A stretch of 64,000 nt of DNA from Histomonas meleagridis 2922-C6/04-290x (GCA_020184695.1 JAANOX010000280.1:248001-312000), one strand, 5' to 3'; positions 43,085 to 55,235 are shown, numbered from the stretch's first letter. The notes: generated from the sequence alone by a model not told the origin. Made by a program: numbers and translations.

Positions 43085-44039
43085 AAAAAACCAATAAACA
43101 ATAGAATAGCTACGATAAATGTTATGATTTTTATGAAAGTTTTGTTTTTAGGGAACATTATTGCACTGTATCAATAGTAACAATGTAAATATTTTTTTAT
43201 ATGATTTTATCTAATGAGATAATTTTTCTTTGTTTCTGGAATACTGATCAGCAACAGTTTCTGTGAAAATTAAATTAAAAGAGAATGGATAAATATTATC
43301 AAATTTCTTATGATTGATTTTGAAGTTTGAATAATATTTTCTTTGTTTAAATTGAATATTAAATTCTAAATATATATTAATTTTTCCAATTCGTTTTCAT
43401 GAATTTTGCTTTTTGCTTGGAATTCAATACGAAATGCCACTTTTATAATTGAATGCAATGTATAGTTTACATAATCGTTTTCATCTCAAATCGATTTGAA
43501 ATAAACTCAATACAAATCAAAGTGTTCATTTCAGGAATGAACAATTTAAAAATCTTTGTTAAATTATTGATTGTGTTTGAGGTAACTCGCACTTTTTATT
43601 ATTATTGTTTTAGGCATTAATAATATAGTTTATGTATTTGTAAATAATATTTTTCCATCCACTTTTGCAACAAGTTAATCAACTTCATTTAAATGAAGAT
43701 TCGTGCAGAAGGTTTTACAATTGTAAGAAAATCAACATTTATTAACATATTGAATATATAATTAATTGAAAGACATGTAAGATTTATCAGAGAAATTTTA
43801 AAAATTTCTATTTTAATTTTTATAAATATTAAATCAATTTTGATCGTTTTCAGTCCTTTCATTAGAGCTGAACAATATCGAAAATGAATTTCAATAATAT
43901 GGAAAAGTTAATTTATTTATTTTTGTTTAAAAAAAGTCCTATTGAATGGATTCTTGCTTATATAAAATCGTAAAAACAAATTTAAAATTAACTTTTAGGA
44001 ATAAAAGTTGTGTGATATAGACTTGGGCAAGTTTTTACT

Positions 44040-44981
44040 TTAAAGGAAATAACTTGAAATAGCTCTTTCTCTTTCAGGAATTGTTCTTTCAGCACTAGGA
44101 ACTGCATCGAATATATTATATGACATTGTAAATTGACCTTGATCTTGAGTGACTTTCATAACCGACGCAAGGTTACCCGAACGATACATATAATTTGGGG
44201 CAGACCAAACCGTCGATAGAAGCCCATCAAAGAACATTTCATACCCGTGCATAGCAAGTTGGTGAGCACGACATATATGAGCAACTCTATTGATATGTGC
44301 AAACTTGCGAGTAACATCTTCGCCAAAAATAAAGCCAACGCCTCGTTTAGATGGCTGAAATCCAACTTGTCTATCATTAGGATCACCCCATAATAAATCT
44401 GGAAGTGGACCATCCAACATTGGCTCTTGGAACCTATCAATAACATTGACTTGATCGATTAAATGTACTGATGGAGATAATCCACCATGAACACAAAAAA
44501 TTCGACCATTAATTGTAGCTGTTAATGGGAAATAATTAAACACGTCACAGCATTTTTGGTATATGGTAATGTTGTTGAATTTTTCATTGATTTCTGAATA
44601 AAAACCATATGTCCTTGTAACAGTCACAGATTCGTGATTACCCCTAAGAAGAAATATACGCTGTGGATATTTGATTTTGAGACAAAGTAAATATATTAAA
44701 ACTTCAAGTGAATAATATCCTCGGTCAACGTAATCACCAAGAAACAGATATTTTGATTCTGGTGGTGGTGGCTCGATTCTAAAGATTTCTAGAAGATCAT
44801 AAAGTTGACCATGAATATCACCAACAACAACAATTGGATCGGATAATTCTAAAACATTATTTTCTTTAATAAGTAATTCTTTTGATAACTCCAATGTTGT
44901 CAACACTTCTTTTTCGGAAAGTTCAGCAGGTGGCTTTTGCTGAATTTTTTCCATTATCTTGTCAAGGTTGAAATCTTCCAT
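44040..44981 (-). CDS. Ser/Thr protein phosphatase, PP2A-like family (PP4/PP6-type)
   Basis: GDIHGQ, GDYVDRG, RGNHE, HGGLSP, RAHQL, WSAPNY. Confidence 0.95.
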   Translation of the reverse strand: MEDFNLDKIMEKIQQKPPAELSEKEVLTTLELSKELLIKENNVLELSDPIVVVGDIHGQLYDLLEIFRIEPPPPESKYLFLGDYVDRGYYSLEVLIYLLCLKIKYPQRIFLLRGNHESVTVTRTYGFYSEINEKFNNITIYQKCCDVFNYFPLTATINGRIFCVHGGLSPSVHLIDQVNVIDRFQEPMLDGPLPDLLWGDPNDRQVGFQPSKRGVGFIFGEDVTRKFAHINRVAHICRAHQLAMHGYEMFFDGLLSTVWSAPNYMYRSGNLASVMKVTQDQGQFTMSYNIFDAVPSAERTIPERERAISSYFL

Positions 44982-45024
44982 TTAATGAGAAATTGACTTA
45001 CTTTGTTCGATTTTAAAATCATAA

Positions 45025-45066
45025 AAAGTGACCGTTTTATTAAAAACCGTTATGGCTTGGCCTTTT
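45025..45066 (+). promoter_or_regulatory. Compact bidirectional promoter: AAAGTGAC (M2-like), GACCGTTT and AACCGTTA (M3-like), CCTTTT (M5-like)
   Basis: 89-bp gap between the divergent phosphatase and RPS17 start codons; motifs match my recollection of Trichomonas core-promoter motifs. Confidence 0.65.
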
Positions 45067-45070
45067 GAGA

Positions 45071-45454
45071 ATGGGTCGTATCAGAACCAAGACTACAAAA
45101 AGAGCCTCACGTTTAATCATCGAACGTTTCTACGGACAATTAAGCTTTGATTTCCAAGACAACAAGCGCGTTTGTGACGAAGTTGCAACAATCCCATCAA
45201 AAAGAATGAGAAATAAGATCGCAGGTTATGTTACTCATTTAATGCGTCGTCTTGAACGCGGTCCAGTTCGTGGCATTTCATTCAAACTTCAAGAAGAAGA
45301 ACGTGAAAAACGTGATAACTGGATGCCAAAGGTTTCACAACTCGAACAACCAACAATTAGCGTTGATGCTGACACAAAGGCTATGCTTACTGCCATTGGT
45401 CTTGGTGATATGAGTGACATTGTTGTTAGAGACAATAATCGTCGCCGCAAGTAA
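45071..45454 (+). CDS. RPS17: 40S ribosomal protein S17 (eS17)
   Basis: [49 protein letters not shown]. Confidence 0.97.
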   Translation: MGRIRTKTTKRASRLIIERFYGQLSFDFQDNKRVCDEVATIPSKRMRNKIAGYVTHLMRRLERGPVRGISFKLQEEEREKRDNWMPKVSQLEQPTISVDADTKAMLTAIGLGDMSDIVVRDNNRRRK

Positions 45455-45547
45455 ATAAAATTTTTTTCCTCCATCATCACTTTTTGAATAGTTTATGTTT
45501 TGTATCGCCTTTGCGGTTAAAACGGTTTTGGTCGAACCTTATCTTTA

Positions 45548-45703
45548 ATGACAGCCCACAAAACTCTCCGTATGAAGCGCATTCTTGCAAAGAAAATCAA
45601 GCAGAATCGTCCAATGCCACAGTTTATTAGACAAATGACTGGAGTTCGCCATGTTCAAAACCCAATGCGCCGTCATTGGAGAAGGAGGAAGCTCAACATC
45701 TAA
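45548..45703 (+). CDS. RPL39: 60S ribosomal protein L39 (eL39), absent from the ORF track
   Basis: Manual translation [51 protein letters not shown] (51 aa). Confidence 0.93.
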   Translation: MTAHKTLRMKRILAKKIKQNRPMPQFIRQMTGVRHVQNPMRRHWRRRKLNI

Positions 45704-45975
45704 ACTTGAATAAAAGTATGACATTTCTGCACAATTTCTGTTTTTTTACCTCTTTTATACTTAATTTTTTTAACAAATTTAAAATATGAATTTTTCCAAT
45801 ATTTTTTTGAACTATATAAATCTCATGCTCAATACCAAATTTTTAATGTACTCAACTTACGTGTTGTTTTAGACATGATGATTGAATATATATAGAGATA
45901 ACAATTTTCAAGATAGCTTTTTTACTTAAAATGAAATAATGTTTAAACATTAATATAAATAAGCAAAACAAAACT

Positions 45976-46494
45976 TTATTCATGAATCAAAACCTGTTCT
46001 AATCTAAAACTCGGTGAAAATGATTTAACAAATAATATAAATAATTGAGCAGCTAAGCTGGCTTCCTGATCGTTGTCGAGATTAAATATTTGCGGACTTG
46101 GTTTGAAAATAGAATAGAAAATTCCAAAAATGAATAAAAAAGTTAAATACATACATATTACTTTCCAAAGAGGAGACTTTAAAATAGTACCATAAACAAG
46201 TGGAATAATGTGAATTATGAGAAAGAAGAAAAAGAAAATTAATCTCATATTAATGTCATTTTTCTTTGGGGTTAATACAATTTGAATAATGTCATCATCT
46301 ACAGGTGAATTATGACTGATTAATTCACCATCTACTTCAAGATCAATTTCTTCTCCTATTTCTGAAATTTCTGGAATAGCGCAAAGTCGTGATATCAATT
46401 CAGCACATGAAATAGAATATGGAACATTGTCAATTTTGATTTTCTTTTCCCCATCAGGAAAAATTACTATGATTGTTCGGTCTTCTTCCATCAT
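45976..46494 (-). CDS. Ubiquitin-like N-terminal domain plus two-TM membrane protein
   Basis: IIVIFPDGEKKIKI..LEVDGELI (UBL-like) followed by two hydrophobic helices. Confidence 0.5.
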   Translation of the reverse strand: MMEEDRTIIVIFPDGEKKIKIDNVPYSISCAELISRLCAIPEISEIGEEIDLEVDGELISHNSPVDDDIIQIVLTPKKNDINMRLIFFFFFLIIHIIPLVYGTILKSPLWKVICMYLTFLFIFGIFYSIFKPSPQIFNLDNDQEASLAAQLFILFVKSFSPSFRLEQVLIHE

Positions 46495-46828
46495 TGGGGG
46501 AAATGTGACATGAAAATAATAAAAAAAATTCTAAAAAAAAAATATTTCTTGTGCATTATAAAGCTTTTTTTTAACCACACATATTTTAAGGGAAGAACTT
46601 TAGATATTAAAGGTTTTGAACAAATTATTAAAAATCAATGATTAATTTGAATCTTTCCCATGCAATAAAATATATTAACTTAATTGCTTAAATTCTACAC
46701 CCATGGGAAAAGCATTCATCTAAGATAATTATTTGGTGTATTTTACATGAAGTGCTATCAGAAGAGATTTACAAAAACGTTTTTTTATTTTTTATATCAC
46801 AATTCACGAATACAGGTGTGCTTAAAAA

Positions 46829-48556
46829 ATGCAAAATGACAAATACTTTCACACATCTGTAAACTTTTTTCCAACATCAAATGAGCCAATCCAAGTCATT
46901 GTTGATTTTTATCCATTCGATCAAATTCAAGATATCTATAAATTAGATAGTAATTTGAAAAAAATTGAAGAATGTCCTGGATGTAAACACTTTGTGGATA
47001 GCAATTTTACCAGAGGCGAAGATAAAAGATCGTACAAATGTCCATATTGCAAAGCATTAACGATTAAAAATCAATCTACAGATAGCCAAGTTACACACAA
47101 CATTTTCCGTTTTTCCAAAAAGCCTAAAAGGGATTTCAAATTTAACTTAGTTTTTGCATTAGACGCATGTGTCAATTTTTCTGAATTTAAAATTCTCAAA
47201 AAATCATTTTTTATAGCACTTGATGCACTTCCAGACAATGAACCCTTCATGGTAGCTATCATTTATCCCAAATTTTTCGAATTTATTTTTGTCAAAAAAG
47301 GTTTTATAATACGAGTAAGTTCAAATGATAATTCACCCATCACAACTAAAGTCAACATTTCCGAATTTTCTAACAAGAATCATTCCAAACCCACTCTTAA
47401 GAAGTATCTATCTGCGATTGAATATGATGAATGTCGATCTCCCAAATTTACAATTGATAATTTTTTTCGGCAATTTTCTAACGATGAAAAAGGCCCCAAT
47501 TTATTTCGGATTATTCTATTTTCTCCCCGATATCCAACCATGCGAATCACTCGCGATATAATCATTGATCTCGTTTCACCAACTAAAATTGTTGATCCGC
47601 GTTTACCACTAATCATTAGTGGTTATTATCTCTGTTTAAGCGAAAATGAAATTCAAAAAACTATAACATCATCCTTAACGGTCGAAACCAATCAAGTCGA
47701 AAATCTTATTAAATACATATTAAGTTCCCCTCAAATATTTAATGTTAAAATCGAAGCAGAGTCACATAATTACTATTGTAAAGAAAAGAATTTTGCATAT
47801 GGCACAGCTACTAAAAATTTTTGTCAATCATTTTTACTTTCACCAAAACGTTTTAACTCGACATCAAATCCAGCAATATTTACCATCAAAATGAAATATT
47901 TGAAGATGAAAAAGTCATTTAAATTTACTCGTGAAACAATATATGCGACCAAACAATTCCCTAAATCAGATGATTTCTTAATGATAGCTTCAAGTATTAA
48001 TCCATTTGTTGTTATTCCTCATAAAACTAAAAGCCAACTCACAGAATTTACAAAAAATTTGTTCGACAAATATCGGAAAATTTCATTCGATGACTCTAAT
48101 AAGGAAACAGATTATTCATTTTCGATCATCCCGAATTGTCAATGGTTTTTAAGAGCTCTTTTTTCAGATAAGTTCAAAATAGAAAACGATTTCATCAAAA
48201 CATTTTGCTCGTATGATAACAGATTTAATAAGTTTTACCCAAACGTGTCCTTTTGGGATGATCCGAACCAATGCTTCGCCGAAAGATGCACATTCGAAAA
48301 AATGTTTTACGAACTCGCGGGGTGCCCCAAAATTGTGATGGTTGATAGTATTTATAAAATAGAAGTTTATACTGAAGGAAACATAAAACTAGATAACACA
48401 GAAATTGAAAAAGCATATAAAAAAGCGATGAAAAGATTCCCCAAACCTGATTTGTTCGTGAATTTGCCATTAGAAAATTTTGTGGAAAAATTAACAGAAA
48501 ATATAGCAAAGGCTTCAGAAACTTTCTTTTTACAAAAAGAAGCACAAGAGAAATAA
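46829..48556 (+). CDS. Divergent Sec23/Sec24-family protein
   Basis: Zinc finger CPGC..YKCPYC followed by a vWA trunk start FNLVFALDAC. Confidence 0.65.
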   Translation: MQNDKYFHTSVNFFPTSNEPIQVIVDFYPFDQIQDIYKLDSNLKKIEECPGCKHFVDSNFTRGEDKRSYKCPYCKALTIKNQSTDSQVTHNIFRFSKKPKRDFKFNLVFALDACVNFSEFKILKKSFFIALDALPDNEPFMVAIIYPKFFEFIFVKKGFIIRVSSNDNSPITTKVNISEFSNKNHSKPTLKKYLSAIEYDECRSPKFTIDNFFRQFSNDEKGPNLFRIILFSPRYPTMRITRDIIIDLVSPTKIVDPRLPLIISGYYLCLSENEIQKTITSSLTVETNQVENLIKYILSSPQIFNVKIEAESHNYYCKEKNFAYGTATKNFCQSFLLSPKRFNSTSNPAIFTIKMKYLKMKKSFKFTRETIYATKQFPKSDDFLMIASSINPFVVIPHKTKSQLTEFTKNLFDKYRKISFDDSNKETDYSFSIIPNCQWFLRALFSDKFKIENDFIKTFCSYDNRFNKFYPNVSFWDDPNQCFAERCTFEKMFYELAGCPKIVMVDSIYKIEVYTEGNIKLDNTEIEKAYKKAMKRFPKPDLFVNLPLENFVEKLTENIAKASETFFLQKEAQEK

Positions 48557-48796
48557 AAAGTATATAAGATAAGTAAAGTTTACGAGGGTTAAAATAATTG
48601 TTAAAGAATTTGATATTTCTTTACTTTACACCTGATAATTGTGAGTATTGTATGTGTAAACTATTGAATGAATGGGGTTACCCATTGAAAAGACAGGTGA
48701 TTTGGCAAAATTTTCAGCGGCTGTTACACAGAAAGTTTGTGTGGTTTATTTAAACACCTCTGTCTAGACAAGTCTTGGCTGTTTTCATCAATTCCT

Positions 48797-51700
48797 ATGG
48801 ATTTTTCAGAATGGATTGATTGTATATTAAATTCTATTACAGATTCCATCAAATTAAAAAACCAAATGAATGACTTAATTTGTCAAATTAAGTCAATTAA
48901 AAATACAAGATATTTACTTGGAAATTATCAAAAGAATACCGATGAATTTCTTGATAAATCTTCACCACAAATTATTCAATCCATTCTTAGTTATACACCT
49001 TGTGATGAAAGTCATGCAAAAAATCTCAATCAAATTTTAGAATCATTTTTATCTTTGCTTCCAGAGTTTTTCTTTTCATATAAAACCAAACTCATTTCTT
49101 TTCTGATAAGAATTGTTGTTTCTAGGCGTTGTAGATTTTATTCGTCTACAGAATCCAATGGATATTCTTCATTATTTTCTTCATTTTATACTTCAAATGT
49201 TAAGTTATTTACTAAATCAAATTTCCTTCAAATTTGCACAAAAGAGTTCCATAATTCACAAAACATTTCGTTTGAAAAAGCTGAACAAACACTTTCACTA
49301 ATTTTTGACTTTAAAACATATTGGGATAAAAATTCGTATAATTTGTTTATTGATACATTTGTTGAATGGTTTTCTCCAATTGTTTGTTTACTTCATGATA
49401 AAGAACTTCGAAATAGTAATGAGAAAACAATAGAAAACATTTTTACATTACTATTTAATGAAATAAAAGAAAACAATAAAAATTATAACATATTAAATGA
49501 AAGTCAACTTAAATTATGCATTAATATGCTGAATTCCGAATATTTAAGCAAACAATTTTGTGCTTTAGAAATGTTAAAATCTAAAAACAAATTAGAATAT
49601 TCTTTTTTAAAAGAATTAAATAATTTAAATATTATTGATTCATTGCTGAAGAATATGCATAATGACTTAATACAAAACTTTTCATGGTTATTTTGTTTAA
49701 TGTCTAAAAATGATTTAATTAAAATTGAGCAATTAAAATATTTTTGGGAATTAACTATAACACAATTTAATTCATCATTCGAAGAATGGATTAAAATATA
49801 TCAAAGCTTAAAAATAGAGTTTGTTTCTGAGTTTTGGAGTTTCGTAGAAAAATCAAATATTTTTCCAATAGAATTTTTTCTTTTTCTAAGAAAAATTTCT
49901 AATAATGTTGAAGAAGAACAAAAAATAAAAATTTTTGATGAATTATTTAAATTGTTGATTAATAATAAAAATAATTCTTCTGAATATGATATTTCATTAA
50001 TTAAAACATTAATGATTTATTTACCAGAGCATAACGAAAAAGTATTAAATCAATGTTTAGAGTTATTAAAAACAAATTCATATGTTAAATTTGCTTTAAA
50101 TGCATTAAAAAAATTTGCTGCAAATTGTGATACAAATGAACTTCGAGATTTGTTTAATTCATTTCTTGAAATAAAACCAAATTTATTAAATGAAACAAAT
50201 GATTACTTCGAATTTCTTCAATATGTTTTAATTTATTTAAATACTGATTTAAATGACAAAGAAAAAGAATTAGAAAATTTATTAATTCCAATAATTCAAT
50301 ATAAACCAAATTCATTAAAAAATTTCTTTGAAAATGTTATAAAAGTTAATGAAAACATATTTTCAGATCAATTCAAAAAAGATATATTCATTAAAATATG
50401 TACTTTTACGAGTGAAGAAGAAGAATTTTATTCACTTATTATCTATGTTTTTAAAGAGATTAATCGGAAATCATTTAATTCATTAGTAATGTTTTATGAA
50501 TTATATATTAATACAACTAAAGATTTTTTTGGTATTGATGACTCATGGTCAATATTATCGAAAACTTCATCAAATACAATTTCCAATTTTTTATGTAAAC
50601 TTTATTTACAATGTAAAGATTTCGATTCAATAAAAGAATTTGTTGATAAATGTATAAGTAAACCGATTACATATGGAAAATTATTAGCATTAAAGAAAGG
50701 AATAGATTTTAAAGAATCGATTATACGAAAATCGAATAATATAAATAAATGGGAATATAAAAACGACTTAATATTAGTTAAATCAAAAGGATTTTATAAT
50801 GGTTATTTTTATATTCCATCGAAAATTAAATCAAACACATTAAAAGAGAAAATTTCTTCATTTTTATCATTAAGAAAAGAATCGTTTTTAATTCATGTTG
50901 ATCAACAAACTCTAATACCTGAAACAATTCAATTTAATGAAAAATCAGTTGTTGATATAACATGTTTAATTAAAGATTATGTAATTCCTCCAAAGATTAC
51001 GGATTATTTAAGTTGTAATGATTTAATTAATGAATTAAAATCATCAAATGAAAAAATATCCGAAATTTCATTGGATATTTTGAATTTATTACCAACAGAT
51101 GAAACAGAAAAAAGTTTGTTATTAAATGAAAGTATTAATTGGAATGAAATTTTTGATGTTTCGAATATATATTTATTAATATATCGATTAAATATCATTG
51201 GTAATTTAATTCAAACTGAATGGGCATCTAAATTTGTACATGAAGCATCTGAATTATGTTTTAGAAGTTTAATTTTTGATAATAAAATATATGAAAAAGA
51301 TGTAATTGTAATAAAATTATTTACTTCTTTAATACAAAATAAATATAAAATTTTGGAAAACTTTAATGAAAATGATTATATGAAATTTGTTGATTTAATG
51401 ATTAAAGAAATCGAAAATGTTAAAATCATTAAAGATTTATTCTTTATATTTAATAATATTTATAATAACAAATATAAAATTCACAATTTAAATCAATTAA
51501 TTTCAAAATCAATTTTTCATCAAAATATTGCAATTCGTAAATCAATTTGTAATATTATTAAAAAACAAAATAACATAAAAGAAATTTTACTTGAAGTTTT
51601 ACCTAATTCAAACTCTTCAAATTGTACCGAATTTTACCAATTATTCGAAACTGAAATTAATGAAAATGATATTAAAACATTTCAATGTTTAATTACATTT

Positions 51701-54700
51701 TTTATTTCACAATTCAAAACATTTAATAATTCATATGAACAATTAATTCATCAATATCCAAATGATGAATTTGTTAATAATATTATAAATACTTTACTCA
51801 AATTTAAAATTTTTGACCAAATTAATACAAATGAACTTTTAAATGTTTTATTAAATTCGATTTTATTTAATCCAAAACATTATTATTCATTAAATGAAAA
51901 CTTTTATCAATTATTAAAAATATTATCCAAACAACCAGCAAATTTAAAGCAAATAAATGAAACTTTTACTCGAATTAATGAATTTACTAATAATAATAAA
52001 ACAGAAACAATTGAAATCGATAATAAATATTTCAACAAATTAAAAGGACTTCAAAATTTAGGTTCAACATGTTATGCGAATTCAATTTTCCAACAACTTT
52101 TTAATATTCCTAAATTTAAAGAATTAATTTTATCTTTAAATACTGATAAGGATTCATGGGAATATGAGTTACAACTTTTATTTGCTCGAATGTCATTTTT
52201 CCCAACAAAATATGTAACAACTTCTGAATTTTTTAAACTATGGAAAGGTTGGGACAATAAAATAGTTAATACTAAAGAACAACAAGATAGTGTAGAGTTT
52301 TTACAATTATTACTTGATAAATTAGAAGAAAAAATTCCGCATTCAACTGATATATTTAAAGGAATAATATTACATAAATCAATTGGTATAAATGTTAAAT
52401 ATGAAAATGAATCTAAAGAACAATTTACGACTTATCCAATAGAAATATCACAACAATTAACTATTAATGATTCATTTAATAACTTTATAAAACCTGATAT
52501 ACATTTAAATTATAAAGCTGAAGATATTGGTGATATTAATATAAAACGATTTCACCAAATATTAAAATCACCAAAAATTTTGTTTATACAATTAAAAAGA
52601 TTTACTTATGATTTCAATACTGGAAAACGTAAAAAGTTAAACAATTGTTTTGAATTTCCTTCTGTTTTAGATATATCAAAGATTACTAAAGATAATAAAC
52701 AAGTTTTATATAAGTTAATTGGTATTGTAGTACATATTGGTACTGCTGTTTCTGGTCATTATTTCTCGTATTGTAAAATTGATAATAAATGGTTTTGTTT
52801 TAATGATAAAAATGTCGAAGAAGTCAAAAAAGATAAATTAAATGATTTTAAATCTCAAATTTCTTCTAATGCTTATTTACTTGTTTATCAAAAAGTTATT
52901 AAAGAAAAACATAATAATGAAGAAAAGTTATTAATGAATGAACAAATTTCAAATTTATTACTACAACAGATTCAAAATATTATATATAAAAATGTTATTA
53001 ATCAACAAAATTATTCGAATTTTATATTATCCGAATGTTATACATATTATCCATTAATTTATTCATATTTTTATAATATACTTAAAACATCAAAAGATAA
53101 CGATTTAATTGAATCTTTTTACCAAAAATGTGTTTCTATTATTGATAAAGAATTTGCTAAATATATAGTAAAAAATCATTCGATAATTTTTTCAATGATT
53201 ATTAATAATAACAATAAAATTACGCGTTCAAAGTTTTCAGATTTATTAATTAAAGCCATTAAATTATGTGATTATGAACCAAATAAAGAGTTATTTGATT
53301 TTTTGGTATCAAAATTTCCGATTATTATTAAATATTGGAATAATTTTGATGAATTCTTTGAACCTTTTTTGGAATTTAATGAAATATTAAAAGAAAATAA
53401 TTCAAATTTATTAGAAACAATTTTTGTCTTTTTAAATGAACAAGTTCCAAAATATTCAAAAGAAAAACCTAAAGAAAATGTGTTATTAAAAATCAACTTA
53501 AATAATTTATTTAAATTACTTATTTTATTATTCGAAACAAAAGATATAAAAGAAAAATATAAATCAAAAATATTTTCAAATGAATTTTTAGGTATTTATT
53601 CGAAATCTAAAATTAGTTCTTCATCATTACAAAACTTATTACATATTTTTATTATTGATTTTCCTGAATTATCAAAAACATATTTTCATTTTATAAAAAG
53701 ATTTTCATCGAAATTATCACCTGAGTTATTTTCAGGTTATTTTTCTGTTTTAATTAGTATTAAATCTAATAACAATAACGAATATATTTCATTGTTATTT
53801 AACTTACTTGAAAATGAATCAATTTTATATTGTAAAACATTTTTTGATGTGTTTTTGATAAAAATTGTTGAGTTTAATATTGATTTTTGTAATCCGATGA
53901 TTGAATTTTCGGATTTATGGATTACGAAATGGTTATTTTCATCTGATTTTTTAATGAGGGAATCAATTTGTGAATTTGTTTTAACTTGTTTTAATACTTC
54001 TTCAAAAACTCAACTTCGAAATTTATTTGATATATTAATGAATAAACTTAATGAACTTTGTTCTATATCAATTCGATATAAGAAAACACTTTCTTTATCT
54101 AGTGTTTATCCAATTATATCATTTAGTAAAATAATTTGCTTTATAATTAAAAAACATAATTTTGTAAATGAACTTTTACTTTATTCATATCAAATAAATT
54201 ATGCAATTAAAGTTCATGTTTCATTTTCATTAAAAGAAATTAAAATAATTCAATCATTAATCGATATAATTGATTTAATGAAACCAAAATTAAATGAATT
54301 TTTTGCCATTATTTCACCAAAAAGTTTTCTTTCTTCATTTAAAGGATTTAATTGTCAAAACGAATCAAATTTCTTAATTGCATTTAATATAATAAAAATG
54401 ATACCTAAAATTAATGTGAATGATATTGTTGATTCATATCTTTTTAAATGTATAATTTCTTATTGGTTAATAAATAATGAATTTTATAGTTTTGTGGTTT
54501 CATTAATTAATGATGAAACTGTTGAAAAAATTGCAAATGTTTTATGGTCAACAACAATTCATGATAAAGAATACTTAAAAATTTCATATTATATATTAAT
54601 TAACTATCCAAATACGTCAATAATTTTCATGAAGAAAAAAGTTCATATTAAATTAATTGATATAACAAAAATTAATATCAATGAAAATATATCAACGAAT

Positions 54701-55213
54701 TTAAACGTTTTAATTTGTTTTTCAAATTCTTATTTAACATGTAATGTAAATGAAAGTTATAATTGGTTTAATATATTTAATAGGAAAAATGATAATTTGT
54801 TGATTACATTTTGGGAAAGAAATGAAAAATTTATTTCGAAGATTTGTAAATTGGTTAAAACGGGAAATAACAAATTTGAAACAACAATTACATTTCTTCG
54901 TTTTGTTTCTTGTTTATCAAACAAAATTTCAATGTTTATATTTCAAAAATTATTCAGAAATGGAATTTTTTTAATGAAATATACTAAAAATGAAAGAAAA
55001 TTATTAATTTTATTAATCGAAGTTTTAATATTTATGCTCAATGATAACATACAAAATGTAACTTATATTTTATCAAATGAATATCTAAAATTATCTCATG
55101 ACAAAAAATCCGATTTATTTGCGTTAAATTCTTTAAAACGAATCATAAAATACATAAAAAATGAAAACGAAGACATTATATTACCTGAAGAACTTATCCA
55201 AGTTTTATCATAA
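48797..55213 (+). CDS. Large ubiquitin-specific protease (peptidase C19; USP9/24/34-like architecture)
   Basis: Cys box GLQNLGSTCYANSIFQQL, QQDSVEF, His box GIVVHIGTAVSGHYFSY..WFCFND; first ATG at 48797. Confidence 0.9.
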   Translation: MDFSEWIDCILNSITDSIKLKNQMNDLICQIKSIKNTRYLLGNYQKNTDEFLDKSSPQIIQSILSYTPCDESHAKNLNQILESFLSLLPEFFFSYKTKLISFLIRIVVSRRCRFYSSTESNGYSSLFSSFYTSNVKLFTKSNFLQICTKEFHNSQNISFEKAEQTLSLIFDFKTYWDKNSYNLFIDTFVEWFSPIVCLLHDKELRNSNEKTIENIFTLLFNEIKENNKNYNILNESQLKLCINMLNSEYLSKQFCALEMLKSKNKLEYSFLKELNNLNIIDSLLKNMHNDLIQNFSWLFCLMSKNDLIKIEQLKYFWELTITQFNSSFEEWIKIYQSLKIEFVSEFWSFVEKSNIFPIEFFLFLRKISNNVEEEQKIKIFDELFKLLINNKNNSSEYDISLIKTLMIYLPEHNEKVLNQCLELLKTNSYVKFALNALKKFAANCDTNELRDLFNSFLEIKPNLLNETNDYFEFLQYVLIYLNTDLNDKEKELENLLIPIIQYKPNSLKNFFENVIKVNENIFSDQFKKDIFIKICTFTSEEEEFYSLIIYVFKEINRKSFNSLVMFYELYINTTKDFFGIDDSWSILSKTSSNTISNFLCKLYLQCKDFDSIKEFVDKCISKPITYGKLLALKKGIDFKESIIRKSNNINKWEYKNDLILVKSKGFYNGYFYIPSKIKSNTLKEKISSFLSLRKESFLIHVDQQTLIPETIQFNEKSVVDITCLIKDYVIPPKITDYLSCNDLINELKSSNEKISEISLDILNLLPTDETEKSLLLNESINWNEIFDVSNIYLLIYRLNIIGNLIQTEWASKFVHEASELCFRSLIFDNKIYEKDVIVIKLFTSLIQNKYKILENFNENDYMKFVDLMIKEIENVKIIKDLFFIFNNIYNNKYKIHNLNQLISKSIFHQNIAIRKSICNIIKKQNNIKEILLEVLPNSNSSNCTEFYQLFETEINENDIKTFQCLITFFISQFKTFNNSYEQLIHQYPNDEFVNNIINTLLKFKIFDQINTNELLNVLLNSILFNPKHYYSLNENFYQLLKILSKQPANLKQINETFTRINEFTNNNKTETIEIDNKYFNKLKGLQNLGSTCYANSIFQQLFNIPKFKELILSLNTDKDSWEYELQLLFARMSFFPTKYVTTSEFFKLWKGWDNKIVNTKEQQDSVEFLQLLLDKLEEKIPHSTDIFKGIILHKSIGINVKYENESKEQFTTYPIEISQQLTINDSFNNFIKPDIHLNYKAEDIGDINIKRFHQILKSPKILFIQLKRFTYDFNTGKRKKLNNCFEFPSVLDISKITKDNKQVLYKLIGIVVHIGTAVSGHYFSYCKIDNKWFCFNDKNVEEVKKDKLNDFKSQISSNAYLLVYQKVIKEKHNNEEKLLMNEQISNLLLQQIQNIIYKNVINQQNYSNFILSECYTYYPLIYSYFYNILKTSKDNDLIESFYQKCVSIIDKEFAKYIVKNHSIIFSMIINNNNKITRSKFSDLLIKAIKLCDYEPNKELFDFLVSKFPIIIKYWNNFDEFFEPFLEFNEILKENNSNLLETIFVFLNEQVPKYSKEKPKENVLLKINLNNLFKLLILLFETKDIKEKYKSKIFSNEFLGIYSKSKISSSSLQNLLHIFIIDFPELSKTYFHFIKRFSSKLSPELFSGYFSVLISIKSNNNNEYISLLFNLLENESILYCKTFFDVFLIKIVEFNIDFCNPMIEFSDLWITKWLFSSDFLMRESICEFVLTCFNTSSKTQLRNLFDILMNKLNELCSISIRYKKTLSLSSVYPIISFSKIICFIIKKHNFVNELLLYSYQINYAIKVHVSFSLKEIKIIQSLIDIIDLMKPKLNEFFAIISPKSFLSSFKGFNCQNESNFLIAFNIIKMIPKINVNDIVDSYLFKCIISYWLINNEFYSFVVSLINDETVEKIANVLWSTTIHDKEYLKISYYILINYPNTSIIFMKKKVHIKLIDITKININENISTNLNVLICFSNSYLTCNVNESYNWFNIFNRKNDNLLITFWERNEKFISKICKLVKTGNNKFETTITFLRFVSCLSNKISMFIFQKLFRNGIFLMKYTKNERKLLILLIEVLIFMLNDNIQNVTYILSNEYLKLSHDKKSDLFALNSLKRIIKYIKNENEDIILPEELIQVLS

Positions 55214-55235
55214 AAGAAAATAAATTTTAAACTTT

